Part shown: positions 56,916-64,000 of the stretch, one piece after another
Layout of the letters: each line of letters begins with the position of its first letter
Position numbering within the stretch: the stretch's first letter is position 1
Assembly: GCA_951406725.2 (NCBI GenBank)
Contig: OX597816.1
Location: 119,288,001 to 119,352,000, forward strand
DNA length: 64,000 bases
Origin: Octopus vulgaris
Lineage: Eukaryota
Direction: 5' to 3'
Notes under the pieces: generated by a model
The model's database searches: none
What the model saw: only the letters and a program-made list of their open reading frames with translations
What the model was told of the DNA's origin: nothing
Made by a program: the position numbers and the translations under genes

Positions 56916-57501
56916 ACAAGCAGAAAATAGACAGAAAGGGAGAGCGATGGGGAAAAGGGGGAAAAGTGAAAATAGTACACTCAATAAAGTTTGGCTACAA
57001 TTTAATATCTAATTTGTATTAGTTTTTGTTGTTCATTTATTATAATAATTTAGATTAAATCCCTCAGACGCCTACCCATAGTCAGGTTAGCCTTTCATCT
57101 TTCCATGATCGATAAAATTAGTACCAGTCATGTGGTGTATCAATTCAGTTCGCTAATCATTCGCTTTTTTTAGAAAAAGAAAAACAAAAATGCTTTGCAC
57201 CGAGATAATGTAAATTTTCTTCCTATATACGTGTCTGTCAGTCTGTTTGTCTGCCCTTTTATCGATTTTTCAGCTTTCTCAGTTTCACTCTATCTGTTTA
57301 CACCCCCTCTCCTACACTCCACACATATATCTTCTTATTCTATATATATAAACTACCTGCATCCCATACCAATTTCATTTCCTGACGGGTCTTGAGGCGA
57401 AAGAAAATATATTTTGTTGGCCTAAAGACTGTAGCTTATATATGTATATATATATAAGCTACAGTATTTTGGCCAACAAAATATATTATATACACACACA
57501 T

Positions 57502-57577
<76 letters not shown>

Positions 57578-57593
57578 GTATATAAATGTGTGT

Positions 57594-57655
57594 ACTCTTT
57601 TACTTGTTTCAGTCATTTGACTGTCGCCATGCTGGAGCGCTGGGGTAGGGGGAAA

Positions 57656-57688
<33 letters not shown>

Positions 57689-57860
57689 CATATATACGAC
57701 AGGCTTCTTTCAGTTTCCATCTACCAAATCCACTCACAAGGCTTTGGTCGGCTCGAGGCTATAGTAGAAGACACTTGCCCAAGATGCCACGCAGTGGAAC
57801 TGAACCCAGAACCATGTGGTTCGTAAGCAAGCTACTTACCACACAGCCACTCCTACACCT
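57594..57860 (-). mobile_element. SINE family A, internally deleted
   Basis: CTTGTTTCAGTCATTTGACTG, then GGCTTCTTTCAGTTTCCATCTACCAAATCCACTCACAAGGC...ACCACACAGCCACTCCT. Confidence 0.85.
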
Positions 57861-57929
57861 ATGTATATTTTTTTATGTTTCATCCATGTAGTTGCGGTCA
57901 TGCTGAAGCAATACTGTGAATCTGAATCC

Positions 57930-58807
57930 TTTCCACGGCTGGTGCGATGGGTCAATTTTCGACGTTTTATATTTTTTATTTCACGCATGCACCTTGTTTG
58001 TTTCTTTTTTGTTTTGTCGACTACACACTACAGTAGGTTCAGTTGGGCAATATCTACGAGAAAAACAGCACCATGACGCAATTCACTCCGCCAGAAATTT
58101 GGAAACGACATGCAATACTGCTTAGCATTCACGACAGAAGCTCCAGTACGAATAGATATTAAACACACAGAAGAACCGTTGACTTGCCGTGTCCCCAAAA
58201 TATGTACAGAGAGTGATAGAAATCAAACATCCAGACAACATCAATGTATTTGGAGTGATCACTAGTGATGGCGCCGGTATGCCTCCATTCCTCTTCCCAC
58301 ACGGCCTCAGACTCCACACGGAAGCCTACATCAGATTCCTGGAGGAGGTAGCACTGCTCTGGGTCAAGAGGGTGGCTGCTGGAAGACCCCATGTCTGACA
58401 ACAGGACTATGCACTATGCCACACAAGCAGGAGAATCTAGTTGTGGCTGCTAGACAATTTCTGCGACCGCATCACCCCAAACATCTAGCTACCTAACTCC
58501 CCAGACAGCAACACCCTTGATTACTATGTGGGGCGCAGTTGAGCGAGAGACCAACAAAACTCCTTGTAACACCAAAGGTGAACTGAAGGCAAGGATTATG
58601 GCAGCATTCACCAACTTAAACAAGGAGATCGTCCTGAAGAGTTGCAGGAGATTCCAAAGTCGTCTGGAGGCCGTGATTGAAGCAAAAATAAATTTACTCG
58701 TTAGTATTTCAAGATATTTTTATGCAATTTTGGTAAATATATCTGTTAAAATGAGATGTCAGTGTTATTTTCATTTTTACGAAATTTAGACGACAATATA
58801 TTCACCG

Positions 58808-58812
<5 letters not shown>
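57930..58812 (+). mobile_element. maT-type (DD37D) DNA transposon, internally deleted, pseudogenised transposase
   Basis: Putative N-terminus MTQFTPPEIWKRHAILLSIH from ATG 58073. Then KHPDNINVFGVITSDG..MPPFLF...V*QQDYALCHTS...I*LPNSPDSNTLDYY, with 37 codons between the QQD aspartate and the final D. After a frameshift: WGAVERETNKTPCNTKGELKARIMAAF...RLEAVIEAK. Left boundary approximate. Confidence 0.85.
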
Positions 58813-58846
<34 letters not shown>

Positions 58847-58853
58847 TGAGTGT

Positions 58854-58938
<85 letters not shown>

Positions 58939-59803
58939 TTTATGTATGTAAGTATGTATGTGTGAGCGTGTGTGTAAGAGAGAGAAAGTAAATGAGACAC
59001 AGAGTGAACTCTTCGAAAGAGTCAGAAAAAATCAGCTCTTTATCCCAAAACAGCTCAAAATTCTCTTTCTCTCACAGACCCAACCAAATGCAGTGTAGTT
59101 ATCCCAGAACTATATCCCCATCTCTTTCCTTTTTGTGACACTCTTACACCGTAGAGCTGGCATCTATCAGAGAACAAGTCTGCCACCATCTTCGGCATTT
59201 GACCTACTGTCAGCCATGAAAAGCATGTTCTGCACTAAATCTAAGCTAACTTCTCCCCTCCTCACACTCTTCTCACCACTGTTTCTTCACTGAAAAGCGT
59301 GACTTTTCATCATCCGTGTTATTAATGAGTGTGAGGTATTGTATATATAGATATGTGTGTACTTCTCTTTGTTCTTTTTTTGTTTTTTTAGCATGTATGA
59401 GTGTGTGTGTGAGAGAGAGAAGAGAAGGAATATTACGTACATACATTGACACACATGCTATATATATATATACATACATACACACACATATATATATAAA
59501 CCGTTATGTAAAAGTGAGGAATCGAAGGAATATAAAACACAGGCAAGCGCTTATTTGTGTAGTAAAGTGTATATGTATGCGTGTGTATATATACATATGA
59601 GTATCTGTGAGTGTGTATGCATACACACACACATATACAGGTATCTATATGTACGTGTGTCCCTGTATGTATGCTTATATTCGCACGCACACACATGTAT
59701 ACGTAAGCTTGTGTGTGTAGGTGTGTTCTCTTTATCTGACTTGTAAAATATGTTTTAAGAAAAACTAGCAAAATCGTCAATAATTTCTTTCTTAAAACAC
59801 ACG

Positions 59804-59857
<54 letters not shown>

Positions 59858-60377
59858 CACTTGCACATAAAAATATGCTATCATTTTGTTCTTCTATTGT
59901 TCTTTGTTCTTTTCACTCTTACACTTACTCTCTCTCTCTCTCTCTCTCTCGTTCTTTCTGTTTCATTCTTCCTCTGCACTTCCTTCAAGATCTGACCTAG
60001 TCTCCTTCTTTCCCTCCATTTTCATTATCCTATACACAAAGAGCTTCTCTGAATCTGGCCTCATACATTCCTCAAACCTTGTCCAGAGAAAATATTGGAA
60101 ATAGGACGTCAAACTCTATCCGACAGAGGGTTGATCATGTAACTCCACGGCCAAACGGCGTCACCTCAGGAAGCTCCGATTCTGGGTGAGATTTCCTTTC
60201 TTCGTTTCCTAGTTATCTATGCAGCAAATCTAATCCCATTTGACGCCACAAATATTGTCCAAGGAAAATCAAAGAAAAGGCAAAAGTCAATAAATGTTAT
60301 TCCACTCTGCCTAATAATTTTGAGCACTTTTGGTTCTCTGAATTGCAATTCATTCCAAAGTGAATCCATAATCAACA

Positions 60378-60455
<78 letters not shown>

Positions 60456-60494
60456 TTATCTATCTCTAACATTCTCTCTCTCTCTATCTATTTA

Positions 60495-60572
<78 letters not shown>

Positions 60573-60579
60573 GACAGAC

Positions 60580-60679
<100 letters not shown>

Positions 60680-60693
60680 GCGCAGACATGCTT

Positions 60694-60832
60694 TTCAACC
60701 ACGTTGTTCCCGATTTAGTTCCACTGCGTGGCACTTTAGGCAAGTGTCTTCTACTATAACTTCGGGCCAACCAGGGCCTTGTGAGTCGATTTGGTAAACG
60801 GAAACTGGAAGAACTCTGTCGTACATGTGCGT

Positions 60833-60904
<72 letters not shown>

Positions 60905-61050
60905 GTGTGTGTGTGCATGTGTTTGTCGTCAACCACCGCATGACAATCGCTGTTGATTTGTTATATTCCCGTAACTTTGGGGTTCAGCAAAGAAAGCAAT
61001 AATATCACGGCCGCAGTCCAATGACTGAAACGAGTAAAAGATAAAAGATA
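60694..61050 (+). mobile_element. SINE family A (other fragments near 3545-3700, 8710-8780, 38080-38220 and 48390-48520)
   Basis: CCACTGCGTGGCACTTTAGGCAAGTGTCTTCTAC, (TG)n, and GGCCGCAGTCCAATGACTGAAAC. Confidence 0.8.
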
Positions 61051-61051
61051 C

Positions 61052-61087
<36 letters not shown>

Positions 61088-61667
61088 ATCTATCTTACAA
61101 TCAATTATCCATTTATCCATGTATGTGTGTGTGTGTGAATATGTTTGTATATGTGTGTTCAGAAAATACATAAAATATACAGGAATCTAGAAAATGAGGA
61201 AAAGAAAACATCTTTTTAAACATAACTGTTTAATTCTCTTTTTTGTATTTAGCCTGCCCTCCCTTGTATTAGTTATTATTAACTTATTCATTCCTAAGTC
61301 CTCACTTCACTTTTTCCCCTCCCCAGCACACGTCATAAAATGCCAGAAAGACTTGGCTGCAAGGTCTCTCCCGCCACTTCAAACTTTGTCCTCAAATCGG
61401 TCTGGACCGAGACAGAGAAAACTTGAATGACTAAATAATGTGAATCGGTGTTAAAGGCACGGTTAGCAAACAAACGGTTTGCGGAAGAGTTAACTTGGTA
61501 TACAAGAAAAGAAAGCGGGAGGGAGGGTGGGAGGTTGACGGAAGAAATAAAGTGAGGTAGGATACGAGGAAAAGAAAGAAGGGAGAAAGGAAGAAAGAAG
61601 ATTCGCAGAATACATTTACCAGCACCAATTACACACACCGACACAGACACAGACACACACAGACACA

Positions 61668-61720
<53 letters not shown>

Positions 61721-61772
61721 ACACACAAACACACACACAAACTCATGTGCACGCAGACACACGTATACATAG

Positions 61773-61812
<40 letters not shown>

Positions 61813-61888
61813 CACACACACACACATATATAAAAAGTAAGAATTCCAAATTTTGTTTTTAATTCTCCTGAAGTCTTTCAAAGTCACT

Positions 61889-61924
<36 letters not shown>

Positions 61925-62158
61925 GAGAGAGAGAGAGAGAGTGAGAGTGAGAGAGAGAAGGAGGGAAACTGTGTGTGCGAGTCTATGTGTAAGGAAGTGA
62001 GAGATATAGAGAAATAAAATGTACAGAAAGTCGCGGAAACATTAATGATATCTACGCCCAGAAAGTCGCGGAATACATATATATGATATATATATATATA
62101 TATATATACATACATATGCATATATACATACGTATATGTACATACTTACGTCTATACG

Positions 62159-62216
<58 letters not shown>

Positions 62217-62564
62217 TGTGTGTGTGTGTGTGTATCTGAATGTTTGTAACTTGGTTGTATAGACTGCAAAATAAACAGGAAATAACAGGTGTGTTGATTA
62301 TGCCGGTAATAACCCAACAGACATTAGGTTCCACGAAGCGACTGTATTATCACTCTCTTTCCCCCTTTTTTCTCCTTCTCTTTCTCTTTTTCCCTCGCTC
62401 CTCTCACTTACACTCATTTCCTCTCTTTCTTCCCCTCTCTCCTCGACCTATTGTTGATGAAATGATAGCATTCATACTGTCGGATAGAGAGTTTATTAAT
62501 ATTGGTGTCTCTTAAGAGTTCATTATGTTTGTATCTGTTGATGTTATATCGACTGATAACGAGG

Positions 62565-62776
62565 GTTTCGAATTTTGGCTCTAGGCCAGCAATTTCGAGG
62601 GAGGGGTAAGTCGATTATATCGACCCCGATGCTCAATTGGTACTTATTTTATCAACTCCGAAAGAATGAAAGGCAAAGTCGACCTCGGCAGAATTTGAAC
62701 TGAAAACGTAAAGACGGACGAAATGCCGGTAAGCATTTTACCCAGCGTGCTAACGATCCTGCCAGCTTGACGCCTT
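62565..62776 (-). mobile_element. SINE family B, full length
   Basis: GATTATATCGACCCC...GAAAGGCAAAGTCGACCTCGGCAGAATTTGAAC...GCTAACGATCCTGCCAGCT. Confidence 0.85.
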
Positions 62777-62956
62777 ACTATGGACTGATAATATTCGTAA
62801 TGCTGGAGACACTTATAATGTGGGTATCATTCTCGTGGGGCAAACAAACCAATTCTTCCACTCCAGATGTCCTTATCTTTCATAGCAGTCTTCATACTTC
62901 ATATCCTCCACTTCATCCTCAGTTTTCTTCCACCAATTGATTTATATAAAATCTTC

Positions 62957-63389
62957 GGATCTTTTCGGTTTGAACGGCAGTTTTTTCTAGCGGTGTCATA
63001 TGAAATTGTCACCCATAATTATGATCCTAGTATCCATCTATTGCATTTCAATCTGTTTTAGGGTTAGGGTTAGTTAGGGTTAGGGTTAGGGGTGAGGGAA
63101 GGATATCTTTTTTTCTCCAGAAATGTAAATAAACCCAATCTGTTTCTTAAACGAAGGACATTCATACGGCACAGAATGTTTTCACCTCAATAGACGTCAT
63201 TGATTGGTTGAAATTGCAGAAATTGAAGAAAAAAAAAACAATAAATATCTAACAAACTATAGAATTTTTTTCAATAAAGCCAAGAGAAAAAGATGTTTTA
63301 TAAACACATTCTACCAGTATATGAAGTTTAAAAGTGTTTAGTTACGTGGAAATTATTTTTAAAAACTGCCGTTCAAACCGAAAAGATCC
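62957..63389. mobile_element. Non-autonomous TIR element (Merlin-like MITE) with 8-bp TSD and internal TTAGGG repeats
   Basis: Perfect 29-bp TIR GGATCTTTTCGGTTTGAACGGCAGTTTTT / AAAAACTGCCGTTCAAACCGAAAAGATCC. TSD AAATCTTC at 62949-62956 and 63390-63397. GG termini plus an 8-bp TSD suggest Merlin. Confidence 0.9.
63058..63098 (+). repeat. Short interstitial telomeric repeat (TTAGGG)n inside the MITE
   Basis: TTAGGG TTAGGG TTAG TTAGGG TTAGGG TTAGGG G TGAGGG. Confidence 0.9.
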
Positions 63390-64000
63390 AAATCTTCTTG
63401 ATCTACCGATACCTGTATGTCTAGCTGGGTATTTCATCTCTGCTTCTCCAACAGTACTCTGCATAACTTATTCTTCTTTCTCTGGTTAGCGAGGCGATGG
63501 TATGAAGACTTCCGTACCGTTATTGCTTTGTTTTTTAGGGTGGTGTCGCCAAGAAAGATTGAGAACCGCACAAAGCATTCACATGTGTGTGTATCGGCAA
63601 ATTTGTATTCTTGTTTAGTGTCCATACTAAAGAACCATGTATAAAATGTTGATGTTGGTGGTTTTAAAAGTTTATAAGAACCAATGTGGGAGCCTCTATG
63701 TTGTCACTGGATGTGCCAGAAACATTAATCAAATATCCATGGAATCCCACCCTAATTTTTTATTTTATAAAAGAAAGAGAACGAATAAAGTCATGATAGT
63801 CATGGCTAGAATGCTTTTGGTCATGGATCTGCTCAGTCAGTGCTGATCTCTGGGAGGGAGGCTGAGATAAAGGAATCAACATTGAATATTTTTAGCGCGG
63901 GATTTACTATGGTGCAAACTAAGAGGTCTTTTATTTTTCACTTGTTTCATTCATTAAACTTCGGCCATGCAGAAGAATTTTAGTTGAATAAATCAGCCCC

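Noticed and set aside
63058-63098. Chromosome end or fusion scar
   Set aside because: The tract is short, in one orientation, and enclosed by TIRs with a TSD.

Overview
AT-rich, microsatellite-saturated eukaryotic non-coding DNA, most likely from an octopus or other coleoid cephalopod. That assignment is inferred from the SINE families, the extreme simple-repeat density and the TTAGGG repeats. I found no host protein-coding exon, and nearly all ORF-track entries are microsatellite translations. The recognisable content is mobile DNA: a disrupted 3-kb CR1-group LINE ORF2 (50.9-53.9 kb), smaller CR1-group and R4/Dong fragments, four decayed Tc1/mariner-superfamily transposase pieces, a mariner MITE, two probable non-autonomous Helitrons, a Merlin-like MITE carrying TTAGGG repeats, and dozens of SINE copies. 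The main hidden signal is a set of hammerhead-ribozyme (HHR) motifs. A 493-nt-period, retrozyme-like unit at 43973-44677 carries a fully canonical type I HHR on the minus strand. Three fold-back elements (30.7, 43.1 and 43.7 kb) and several solo pieces (47.6, 50.2, 50.5, 54.3 and 54.8 kb) carry minimal or degenerate HHR motifs resembling Penelope pseudo-LTRs, and most sit in or beside (TA)n tracts. All coordinates and alignments were read by eye.
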